Shown piece by piece: positions 55,301-64,000 of a stretch of DNA of 64,000 nt (within the stretch, counting starts at the first letter, position 1; each line of letters starts with the position of its first letter). The translations under genes and the position numbers were made by a program. Location of the stretch: assembly GCA_026936335.1 (NCBI GenBank), contig JAPMXV010000068.1, positions 299,942 to 363,941 on the forward strand, written 5' to 3'. This stretch comes from Mantamonas sphyraenae STR306. Taxonomy: Eukaryota; Protista; CRuMs. A model generated the notes under the pieces. It did no database searches. It saw only the letters and a program-made list of their open reading frames with translations, and was not told the DNA's origin.

Positions 55301-57463
55301 GCGTTGCAAGCCAAGCGCAAGATGTTCTACTGGTTGGCACACGTGAAGGTGTACCATCGTCGATACATGTCTCATTACGCCAACGCACAGCGACAGTACG
55401 CGATGTACCGTGCCCAGTACGAGAAGTTGAAGGGGTCGTTGAACCGAAAGTTGATTCGAAAGCACCAAAAGGCGATTGCAGAGCTGACAAAGAAGCGGGA
55501 CGCGATGTACCGGAAGGCCCGGAGCGCTCAGAACACCAACTTGCGCTTTTACCGTGACCGCCTGGTACAAGCTTATCAAGCCAGGATCACAGCGCATACC
55601 TATCTGGTAAATGCGCATGGCGGAGGCGGACAGCGAGCTCACCAGCTTGCTAAAGCGTACCATCTGTGGGCAGACCACTACGAATTTGTGGGTCTGCACC
55701 GCATGTTTGGCACCAACGCACTTTACTACGCCAATCAACTGTACGCACATCTGGGGAACTATCACTACTACCTTGCGATCAAATACGGGCAGCATGCGCT
55801 CCAACAAGAACGCCAAGCAGTTCACAATCGCAACTGGCTACGTGCACACAGGTTGGATCCGCCCAAGCTAAAGGCGAAGCTCATGCACACGATGCGTCTT
55901 TTCGCGGAGTATGATGACAAGATGAAGCGCGTGCCACGCACACCTGCAGGCTGGAAGCGGAACGTAGTGTCGTACCAGGGCTCGAGTGCCTATGTACGTT
56001 TCTACGAGCAACGCACAAAGTTCAACTTGCGGGTTTCGCCTCGTCGCAAGGACTTGGTGCAGATGGTGCGATGGTACGCGCTGCTGACCAAGTACTACCG
56101 TGATTTGGAGGCGTGGGAACAAGGCAAGCGCAAGGACAAGGGGTTGAGGTTGAAGGCGCAGCTGGAGCACGACGAGGCGCATGTGCACTACTACACAGCA
56201 CATTGGATGCGTGCAAGGCTCAGTGCGTACCATGCATACGCAAACCAGTTCCGCCAAATGGCGCAGAAGGCCAAGTGGCGTCTCGACGAGTTCGAACAAT
56301 CGCGTCCAGGGCTGAAACGATGGAAGAAGATGCAGCCCAAGTGCTACCACGCCAACTGGTGGCACGCGTTTGATCGCAGGGGCACCATTCGATGCCGCGC
56401 GGGACACTCGCTTGCCGGCATCTGGAAGAATTCGTGCAACGGACTATACTGCATTGAAGAAGGCATGTGCTGCGGATGGGATGCAAAGGACGCGCCTTCA
56501 TACAAGGCCAACTGGTGGCACTCCCTGGACAAGGCAGGGTGGAGTAAGTGCAAGCCCGGGTACGCGATTGACGGCTTCTGGCGAAACAACTGCCACGGGC
56601 TGGGATGCATCGAAAACGCGTACTGCACAAAGATGGTGAGCACAAGCATGTGCCTGGTTGTCAACGAGCCAATGACGACTGTGTCTCGAACATGGGCTCG
56701 CTGTCCCGAAGGATACCTCATGACAGGGTGGCACCGACGCGCAGGCGTCCGTGGATCCGGAAATCTGAGTTCGGTGGACAAGTTCCGCTGCTGTGCGTTG
56801 GCCGAAGAAACCAAGTTGTTTGGAAGTGCGCGAAAGGCGGTGGCCCAAGCGAGGGCAGCCAGGGCAGCAGCGGCGGAAAAGGCAGCCCGTGAGAAGAGGG
56901 AGCTGGCAGAGAAGAGGCGAAAGGTTGCGTTGGCCACGGAGAACTGGAAAAAGATGCGGCCAAAGTGCTATACGGCGAATTGGTCGTATGCATTTGATCG
57001 CAGGGGCACCGTTCGATGCCGGGCAGGACACTCGCTTGTGGGCGTTTGGAAGAACTCGTGCAACGGCCTGCACTGCATTGAGTACGGAAATTGCTGTGGA
57101 TGGGACAGCAAAGATGTGCCTATGTACGACTCAAAGTGGAGCACGTCGCTGAAAAAGACAGGGTGGAGCGAGTGCAAGCCAGGATTCGCAGTGAGTGGCT
57201 TTGCGCGAAGCAATTGCCACGGGTTGGGATGCATTGAGAGCGCACACTGCACGAAGATGGTGAGCACTAGCAAGTGTCTGGTTGTCAAGGAGCCCATGGC
57301 TGTGTCGCGAACATGGGCACGCTGTCCCGAAGGATATCTGATGACAGGGTGGCACCGACGCGCAGGCGGCGGATCAGGCAATTTGAACTCGGTGGACAAG
57401 TTCCGTTGTTGTCCTTTGGTCAACCACGACGAAGCAGATCGTGCTTTATTGAAGAAGCTCTGA
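43303..57463 (+). CDS. Giant (~4,670 aa) secreted repeat protein, 2 exons
   Basis: Signal-peptide exon 43303-43372 (MRKEALLLFLTTLIALG), intron 43373-43511, then a 13.95-kb open exon: long beta-strand-rich region, amphipathic helices, a Cys-rich segment, a Tyr/His/Arg-rich helical region and two Cys/Trp-rich terminal domains. Confidence 0.9.
44516..47949 (+). repeat. 1026-bp (342-aa) tandem repeat, about 3.35 near-identical copies
   Basis: Unit starts (aagcg..cagtatgcactgaacc) at 44516, 45542, 46568 and 47594. Confidence 0.98.
56342..57412 (+). repeat. Two copies of a ~150-aa Cys/Trp-rich domain, each with three internal sub-repeats
   Basis: 56342-56794 and 56966-57412: CY.ANW..AFDRRG..RC...G.WKNSCNGL.CIE...CC. 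Confidence 0.9.
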
Positions 57464-57616
57464 GTGCGGGGTAGTTTGGGGGAGGAGTGAACACAGTTGT
57501 GGAGATGTGTGAGCAATGGAAGTTGTTTGGAGATGGTGGGCTTCGGAAAGAAGTGGGTGTCGCTGCGGGTGTGGACGCAGCGCTTCTTGTAGACACCGCT
57601 CGTGCGTTGCGCAGGA

Positions 57617-59923
57617 ATGATGAAGCTTGGAGAAGATGAATGGGTCGCCTTGTTGCAAAGCGGGGACCATGCGCGGATCGTCGATGCCTTGGAGGCTGAA
57701 GGAACGGTGGGTTGGCGCGTTTGTTTTTGGGGCTGCGGAGCTGGCCGTCGCAAACGGGCCAAGGGGGAGGAGGATGCGTTGAGGGTAGGTGTGTTGGGGT
57801 GCACAAGGGTGATGTGGGGGTTGACATCTGTTTCACAGACGTTTAGAGCGATCGGGACGGGCCTGGTGGACGCAGAAGTTGCTCCGTTGGCCGAGGCGCT
57901 GGCCGAGAATTTCGGGTTGGAGACTCTGGACCTGGACAGCAACGACATCGAAGACGATGGGGCAACAGCACTGGCGCAAGCACTACGTGTGAACTGCAGT
58001 TTGCAATCAATGGTGCTGAGCGGGAACAGCATCGAGGCAGGAGCAATCGCATTGGCGGACGCTCTGACGATGAACAGCAGCTTGCACACACTGGACCTCC
58101 GCGGGAACAGCATCCAGCCAGAAGGATCAATAGCGTTGGGACAGGCACTGACGATGAACAGCAGCTTGTATACGCTGGTCCTCGGCTCGAACAGCATCGG
58201 GGACGAGGGAGCGGCAGCGCTGGGACAAGGACTGAAGGAGAACAGCAGCTTGCACATGCTGGACCTCTACAGCAACAGGATAGGGGAAGAAGGTGCAGCA
58301 TCACTGGCCAAGGGACTGAGAGCGAACAGCAGCTTGCAGACGCTGGCACTTTGCGGCAACAGCGCCGGACCAGGAGGCGCGGCAGCGCTGGCAGAGGCAC
58401 TGGTCGTGAATTGCACCTTGCACAGATTGGAACTCAACAACAACAATATCGGTGCCGAAGGAGCAGGAGCGTTGGCCCGTGGTGTGACCGAGAATCGACG
58501 CTTGCAAACCTTGAACCTCTGCGACAACAGCATCGGGGCAGAAGGGGCAGCAGCATTGGCACAGGCACTGAGTGTGAACCGCAGCTTGCGGATACTGAAC
58601 CTTGGCGCCAACAGCATCGGCAGAGAAGGGGCAGCAGCACTGGGGAAAGCACTGTGTGAGAACAACAGCTTGCAGACACTGGACCTTGGCAGGAACAGCG
58701 TCGGGGACGAGGGGGTAGCAGCATTGGTGCAAGGAGTGAGGGAGAACCAGAGCTTGCAGACACTGGACCTTGGCAGGAACAGCATCGGGGACGAGGGGGC
58801 AGCAGCATTGGCGCAAGGAGTGAGGGAGAACCAGAGCTTGCAGAAACTGTACCTCAGCGGCAACAGCATTGGGGCAGAAGGGGCAACAGCATTGGCGCTG
58901 GCACTGGCAGAGAACAGAAGCTTGCAGATACTGTACCTCAGCGGCAACAGCGTCGGCAGAGAAGGGGCAGCAGCACTGGGGAAAGCACTGTGTGAGAACA
59001 ACAGCTTGCAGACACTGGACCTTGGTTCCAACAGCATCGGGGCAGAAGGGGCAGCAGCTGTGGCTCATGCGCTGAATGAGAACAGCAGCTTGCAGTGTCT
59101 GAACCTGTACAGCAGCGGCATTGGGGCAAAAGGAGCAAAAGCACTGTCACACGCATTGGCAGTGAACTTCAGCTTGCAGACACTGAACTTAGGTTACAAT
59201 GGCATCGGAGACGAAGGAGCAACAGCACTGGCGCAGGGACTGAGTGAGAATAGCAGCTTGCAGAAGCTGGAACTTGGCAGCAACGTCATCGGGGCGATAG
59301 GGGCTGCAGCGCTGGCGCAGGCACTGCGTGTGCACAACAGCTTGCAGACACTGAACCTCTGGGGAAACAGATTCGGGGACGAAGGAGCAGCGGCAATGGT
59401 GCAGGCACTCGAAACCAACCACACGTGCTGGGAATTTAGCGGGATGGGGGAATGGATGGTCAACGATTCGCTTCAGCCGCTGTTGAAGAGGAACAGGAAG
59501 CAACATGCCGAGTTTGTGGAGTGTGGGGATGTGGAGAAGATGAGAGAGTTGAGGGAGTGGGGCGTGCCTGTGGACACGTTTGCAGGGGAGGAGGGGAAGG
59601 AAACGGCGCTGGATCGAGCAGTGAAGGGAGGGGAGGAGGAGATTGTGGAGGTGTTGCGGGAGTGGGGAGCCAAGCCGAGGATGGAAACGGTGGAGATGGT
59701 GAGGGAGGAACGGTGGAGGAAGGCGTGGCATTGGGTTGGGTGGGGTGGACAGGTGGATGAAGCGATGGAAGTGGCGCTGGTGATGAATGGGGAGGAAAGG
59801 GAGTCGATGTTTGAGTGTGGAGGGATGGAGGCGTACGTGGAGGAGGGAGGGTGGGGAGGGTGGGTGACACTGCCGGATGAGGTGATGGAGAGGGTGATTG
59901 GGTGGGTGGGGAGGGGAGGGTGA
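57617..59923 (+). CDS. LRR-ANK-F-box-like family member 3 (about 18 LRRs), 2 exons
   Basis: 84-bp LRR units, ankyrin-like KETALDRAVKGG, and the shared tail. Probable in-frame intron 57707-57838 at the position homologous to the paralogs' introns. Confidence 0.9.
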   Translation: MMKLGEDEWVALLQSGDHARIVDALEAEGTVGWRVCFWGCGAGRRKRAKGEEDALRVGVLGCTRVMWGLTSVSQTFRAIGTGLVDAEVAPLAEALAENFGLETLDLDSNDIEDDGATALAQALRVNCSLQSMVLSGNSIEAGAIALADALTMNSSLHTLDLRGNSIQPEGSIALGQALTMNSSLYTLVLGSNSIGDEGAAALGQGLKENSSLHMLDLYSNRIGEEGAASLAKGLRANSSLQTLALCGNSAGPGGAAALAEALVVNCTLHRLELNNNNIGAEGAGALARGVTENRRLQTLNLCDNSIGAEGAAALAQALSVNRSLRILNLGANSIGREGAAALGKALCENNSLQTLDLGRNSVGDEGVAALVQGVRENQSLQTLDLGRNSIGDEGAAALAQGVRENQSLQKLYLSGNSIGAEGATALALALAENRSLQILYLSGNSVGREGAAALGKALCENNSLQTLDLGSNSIGAEGAAAVAHALNENSSLQCLNLYSSGIGAKGAKALSHALAVNFSLQTLNLGYNGIGDEGATALAQGLSENSSLQKLELGSNVIGAIGAAALAQALRVHNSLQTLNLWGNRFGDEGAAAMVQALETNHTCWEFSGMGEWMVNDSLQPLLKRNRKQHAEFVECGDVEKMRELREWGVPVDTFAGEEGKETALDRAVKGGEEEIVEVLREWGAKPRMETVEMVREERWRKAWHWVGWGGQVDEAMEVALVMNGEERESMFECGGMEAYVEEGGWGGWVTLPDEVMERVIGWVGRGG

Positions 59924-59953
59924 GTGGGAAGGTGTGGGAATGAAAAAGGTGGT

Positions 59954-62900
59954 TCATTCGAGACGCTGGCGTTTGGAGGAGGAGGAGGGGGAGGAGGAGG
60001 AGGAGGAGGTAGGGTCTTTGCGCTTGGGCAGGGTGAACGAGGGGATGGGGTAGGCGTTGACGAGTGCATAGGTGGTAGGGCGAGTGGTGATGTGGGGTGT
60101 GATGCGGTCGATGAGGGTGTGGAGGAGGGTGTGCAGCGTGGCGTCGCTGGGATGGGGGTTGTCGAGCCAGGCGATCTTGAGGGAGAGGGAGGTGACGCCG
60201 CGGCTGAGGGTGGTGCTGATGGTACGTTGAACCTGCTTGTAGTTGAGATGTGGCCGGAGGAGGCGGACAAAGAAGGCCAGGACGACAGGGGGCAAGCCAA
60301 CGTTGCCCAGCGCAAGGATGATGTGTCGCACCAGGGACGGCAAGCTGCCGTTGTTGATCAGCTCACGCAGTACCTGGTGCTCGTGCGTGTGCTGATGGCG
60401 AGGGTGCATGGCTGCGCGTGCCTTCATGTGTGCCAGCAGAATTTGGAACTCCCGCGCCGTGCAGCTGCCACGCTCGTCGCTGTGATTCTGCGCTGCCCAG
60501 CCACTGCGCACAGACTCAGGATGCCACTTGTCCACATTGTTAGTGGTGAGGTGGTGGTCATAGTCGCATTGAGTCCAGTGTGGGTCGCTGTCGTTGTCAG
60601 CAGGGCGTCGTGCTTTCTGCAGCCACAGTTGGGTCTCCTTGTGCTCCTTCCAGGTGATGGGATGGGGTCTGTTGCCAAGAGTGGCCATCTCTGTCATGAG
60701 CAGGTGGAGGAGGGCGTAGTTGGGGTCGCCGTGGTCGTGTGGCTCCTCCAGCCAGCACACCTTCAACCCAGCCTTTGTCACACCCATGGCCAGACCAGAC
60801 TCGTGGATGGCGAGTCTGCACGCGCGTTGATCCATGTCCTGGCCGAGAAGGGTGAGGCAGAAGGCCATGTCGCCCTGGGAGAGGGGAATGTTGCCCAGAG
60901 CGAGCTGAATCTGTCGGACGAGCGTGCGCAGGGTGCCATGGCAGACCACAACACGCGCCTGCAGGGTCATGTGTTCTGAGATGTCGTCGATGGGATGCTC
61001 ATTGGCCAGGGTGTGCATGTGGTTCAGCAGTGCGGTGTGCTCCTTCTTGTTGCTGTGGCTGCGCTCGCTCTTGCGCCAGTTTGTCCAGCCACTGCGCACA
61101 ACGCCATCTGGCAGTCCATCCTCCACGGCCATCTCCTCCTCTGTTGGCTCAGGCAGAACAAGCTCGGGGATGTCAAGGGTGTTGACGACGTCGACTGTGG
61201 TAGGGCGGGTGTTGATGTGGGGTGTGATGCGGTCGATGAGGGTGTGGAGGAGGGTGTGCAGTGTGGCGTCGCTGGGTTTGGGTGTGTCGAGCCAGGCGAT
61301 CTTGAGGGAGAGGGAGGTGACGCCGCGGCTGAGGGTGAGGCTGATGGCAGGTTGCACCTTCTTGTAGGTGAGGTGTGGCCTGAGGAGGCGGACAAAGAAG
61401 GCCAGATCGACAGGCGGCACACCAACGTTGCCAAGCGCCAGGATGATGTGTCGCAACAGGGACTGCTTGCTGCCGTTGTTGATCAGTTCACGCAGTGCAT
61501 GGTGCTCGTGTGCATGCTGATGGCGAGGGTACTTGGCTGCGCGTGCCTTCATGTGTGCCAGCAGCGTCTGGAACTCCCGCGCCGTGCAGCTGCCACGCTC
61601 GTCGTGACCGGATTTGCTCCAGCCACTGCGCACAGACTCAGGATGCCAATTGTCCACCGTGGTGGTGGTGAGGTGGTGGTCGTAGTCGCATTGTGTCCAG
61701 TGTGGGTCGCTGTCGACGTCAGCAGGGCGTCGTGCTTTCTGCAGCCACAGCTGGGTCTGCTGGTGCTCCTTCCAGGTGATGGGATGGGGTCTGTTGCCAA
61801 GAGTGTCCATCTCTGTCATGAGCAGGTGGAGGAGGGCGTAGTTGGGGTCGCCGTGGTCGTGTGGCTCCTCCAGCCAGCACACCTTCAACCCGGCCTTTGT
61901 CACACCCATGGCCAGACCAGCGTCTTTGATGGCATTGCTGCACGCATATTGATCCATGTTCCGGCCAAGAAGGGTGAGGCAGAAGGCCATGTCGCCCTGG
62001 GAGAGGGGAATGTTGCCCAGAGCAAGCTGAATCTGTCGGACCAGCGTGCGCAGGGTGCCATGGCAGACCACAACACGCGCTTGCAGGGCCATGAGGTCGG
62101 GGATGTCGTCGATGGGATGCTCGTTGGCCAGCGTGTGCATGTGGTTCAGCAATGCCGTGTGCTCCTTCTTGTTGCTGTAGCTGCGCTCGTCACTGTGTCC
62201 CACTGACCACCCTTTACACACAACGCCATCCGGCAACTTCTTCGTCTTGTCCACGACTGCTTCCATCCGTGCGCCGGTGTCTCCGTTCTTGGCCCTTCCT
62301 GCCCGTGTGCTCGACGTTCCTGTCTCTGTGCCACTGCCAGCCGTGACCCTGAGTCTGCGCTGTCCGCTGCCTTTCATCTTTTGTGGACCAGTACGTCGGC
62401 TGGTCTGGCCTCTGCGACGTTGTGTGCGGACTCTGCTTCTGCGTCCCGGCTGCCATTCGTCCGTGCCCTCCTGCTCCATATCGTCTGTGTCGTCGTCGCT
62501 GTCGTCTTGCGGCATGTACTCCTCATCCATGGCATCACCAGTTTCTGCAAAGCTGAGTGCACCCTGAGTTTCCAACTCGTCGTCCACGTGCTGTTGGGTT
62601 GCGTCGTTTGCCTCGCCGTCTTCGAACATCTCCATCCCTGAGCTGGTCAACCACTCTGAGTTGCTGGAGATTGACCGTGGTTCACGATGGCCAAAGTTCA
62701 GAAACATCAGGTCCTCCACGTCGCCGGTGTCATGTGTGTGTGTGTCCTGGTATGCGTCGTCGTCGTCGTCGCTGTCTCCAGTCTGCCGTGTGGCCTGGTG
62801 GGAGGAGGACGACGATGTGGTGGTGGATGTGGTCCGTGTGATGCCGACGAAAGCAGGGCTGATGCGTTTCGGGACGCGGTTGTGGTTTGTGGTGGGTTGA

Positions 62901-63535
62901 GCAGGCGGAGGGTGAAACGGAGTCTGAGCGAAGTGCATCTGGGCGGTTTGTCGCGGCTGAGGAGGCGGCGGAGGTGGGTAGGCGTAGTATGGGTGGCCCT
63001 GGTGAGCATATGCGTGGTGCTGCTGGGGATGGGTGTTGACAGGGACCCAGATGATGGGTGGTTGTGGGTGCTGGTACGGGTTTTGTACGCCAGAGGCGGG
63101 GAGCATGTTCGGAAACGACGGAGCAGCCATGGGAGGGACCATGTACGCGTAGCTGTGGGGGAGACGCGGATGGGCAAGGTGGGGTGGGAATGGTGAGCGG
63201 AAGGCGGAACGGACGCCGTCAGGGCAGAAGCAGGGGTGAAGGGAGGCTGGAACGAGCAAAGAGGGAAAACGGAGGAGATCGGCAGACGGGGAAACTGGCA
63301 ACGGGGAGGGCAGTGACAGGGGAGAGGGGATCGGAGAAGAGTGGAGGTGGCAGCAGCGGTGGTGATTGGGAAGTGGAGATGGTTGGGAGGAGTGCAGGGA
63401 AGCGACAGAGGCATGGAGGAGGAATGGAAGCGGGAGAAGCGGGCAGTCAGAAAACGGAGTGGAAGGCAGAACGCACGCTCGGTAGGTGTTGGGTGTGCGT
63501 TGTTGCTTCGGAGTGCTTGAGTAGTCCTTGTCCAT
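59954..63535 (-). CDS. Telomere-adjacent, probably nuclear protein with Pro/Gln-rich and acidic N-terminus and four tandem (A-B-A-B) helical units
   Basis: ATG 63535; probable intron 63153-63476; basic clusters GRRSRVRTQRRR and PKRK...KRQRLE; duplicated ~374-aa block. Confidence 0.75.
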   Translation of the reverse strand: MDKDYSSTPKQQRTPNTYRACVLPSTPFSDCPLLPLPFLLHASVASLHSSQPSPLPNHHRCCHLHSSPIPSPLSLPSPLPVSPSADLLRFPSLLVPASLHPCFCPDGVRSAFRSPFPPHLAHPRLPHSYAYMVPPMAAPSFPNMLPASGVQNPYQHPQPPIIWVPVNTHPQQHHAYAHQGHPYYAYPPPPPPQPRQTAQMHFAQTPFHPPPAQPTTNHNRVPKRISPAFVGITRTTSTTTSSSSSHQATRQTGDSDDDDDAYQDTHTHDTGDVEDLMFLNFGHREPRSISSNSEWLTSSGMEMFEDGEANDATQQHVDDELETQGALSFAETGDAMDEEYMPQDDSDDDTDDMEQEGTDEWQPGRRSRVRTQRRRGQTSRRTGPQKMKGSGQRRLRVTAGSGTETGTSSTRAGRAKNGDTGARMEAVVDKTKKLPDGVVCKGWSVGHSDERSYSNKKEHTALLNHMHTLANEHPIDDIPDLMALQARVVVCHGTLRTLVRQIQLALGNIPLSQGDMAFCLTLLGRNMDQYACSNAIKDAGLAMGVTKAGLKVCWLEEPHDHGDPNYALLHLLMTEMDTLGNRPHPITWKEHQQTQLWLQKARRPADVDSDPHWTQCDYDHHLTTTTVDNWHPESVRSGWSKSGHDERGSCTAREFQTLLAHMKARAAKYPRHQHAHEHHALRELINNGSKQSLLRHIILALGNVGVPPVDLAFFVRLLRPHLTYKKVQPAISLTLSRGVTSLSLKIAWLDTPKPSDATLHTLLHTLIDRITPHINTRPTTVDVVNTLDIPELVLPEPTEEEMAVEDGLPDGVVRSGWTNWRKSERSHSNKKEHTALLNHMHTLANEHPIDDISEHMTLQARVVVCHGTLRTLVRQIQLALGNIPLSQGDMAFCLTLLGQDMDQRACRLAIHESGLAMGVTKAGLKVCWLEEPHDHGDPNYALLHLLMTEMATLGNRPHPITWKEHKETQLWLQKARRPADNDSDPHWTQCDYDHHLTTNNVDKWHPESVRSGWAAQNHSDERGSCTAREFQILLAHMKARAAMHPRHQHTHEHQVLRELINNGSLPSLVRHIILALGNVGLPPVVLAFFVRLLRPHLNYKQVQRTISTTLSRGVTSLSLKIAWLDNPHPSDATLHTLLHTLIDRITPHITTRPTTYALVNAYPIPSFTLPKRKDPTSSSSSSPSSSSKRQRLE
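60078..62231 (-). repeat. Direct tandem duplication, period 1122-1125 bp
   Basis: gcagaccacaacacgcgc at 60941 and 62063; gatgcggtcgatgaggg at 60101 and 61226. Confidence 0.95.
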
Positions 63536-63807
63536 GGCGGTGGCGGTGGTAATAGAGTGTATGTGGATTGTGTTGGATTGGTGGAGGGAGTTGTGGGTGT
63601 TGGTGATATTTTGGTTGAAGGCGGAAGGGCAGTGCTGACAGCGGGGCGTTGCAGGACGACGGCCACTCACCAACGACATTTCCACTCCCACCCACTACCC
63701 ACTGCCCCATGTCACCACACAACTCAACCACCCTGCCAGCAGGAACAAGCACAACTCACATGACCTAGACCGGACTCATCACATCACCAGCACATAATCT
63801 ATGACAC

Positions 63808-64000
63808 TTAGGCTTAGGATTAGAGTTAGGGTTAGGGTTAGGGTTAGGGTTAGGTTAGGGTTAGGGTTAGGGTTAGGGTTAGGGTTAGGGTTAGGGTTAG
63901 GGTTAGGGTTAGGGTTAGGGTTAGGTTAGGGTTAGGGTTAGGGTTAGGGTTAGGGTTAGGGTTAGGGTTAGGGTTAGGGTTAGGGTTAGGGTTAGGGTTA
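63808..64000 (+). repeat. Telomeric (TTAGGG)n array
   Basis: Degenerate TTAGGC, TTAGGA and TTAGAG units at 63808-63825, then TTAGGG to the window end with TTAGG variants at 63850 and 63921. The G-rich strand runs toward the end. Confidence 0.99.

Noticed and set aside
59954-63535. Telomere-associated retrotransposon or helicase
   Set aside because: No reverse transcriptase, endonuclease, transposase or helicase motifs, and no terminal repeats.
1-64000. tRNA or rRNA genes
   Set aside because: No cloverleaf, T-loop context or rRNA-conserved sequence recognised in the short intergenic spaces.

Overview
This is the last 64 kb of a chromosome from a GC-rich, very gene-dense eukaryotic microbe (probably a protist; I cannot name it). 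It uses the standard genetic code and short GT-AG introns, and ends in a (TTAGGG)n telomere from about 63808. The first ~38 kb is mostly housekeeping genes packed 25-270 bp apart: Na/K-ATPase, ATP10, PSTK, TSPO, PDCD2L, CTL, myotubularin-FYVE, RPC6, transporters, AFI1/DENN, FANCD2, AspRS, Tousled kinase and an ADP1-like ABCG. Two oddities sit among them: a CHAT-protease/NB-ARC/TPR NLR-like gene with near-identical but site-hypervariable 129-bp repeats, and a 29-Cys metallothionein-like module inside aspartyl-tRNA synthetase. The last ~26 kb is accessory. It holds three paralogous LRR-ankyrin genes sharing a nearly invariant C-terminal F-box-like tail (a decayed inverted copy of that tail lies next to the NLR), an F-box/TM gene, a ~4,670-aa secreted repeat protein, and a telomere-adjacent protein with four tandem winged-helix-like units. 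The best candidate for an undescribed system is a diversifying intracellular recognition repertoire: variable LRR arrays on a constant ubiquitin-ligase-adaptor-like tail, alongside a protease-NLR. Four apparent indels in otherwise intact genes are most likely assembly errors. All domain calls come from motif recognition by eye; no searches were run.
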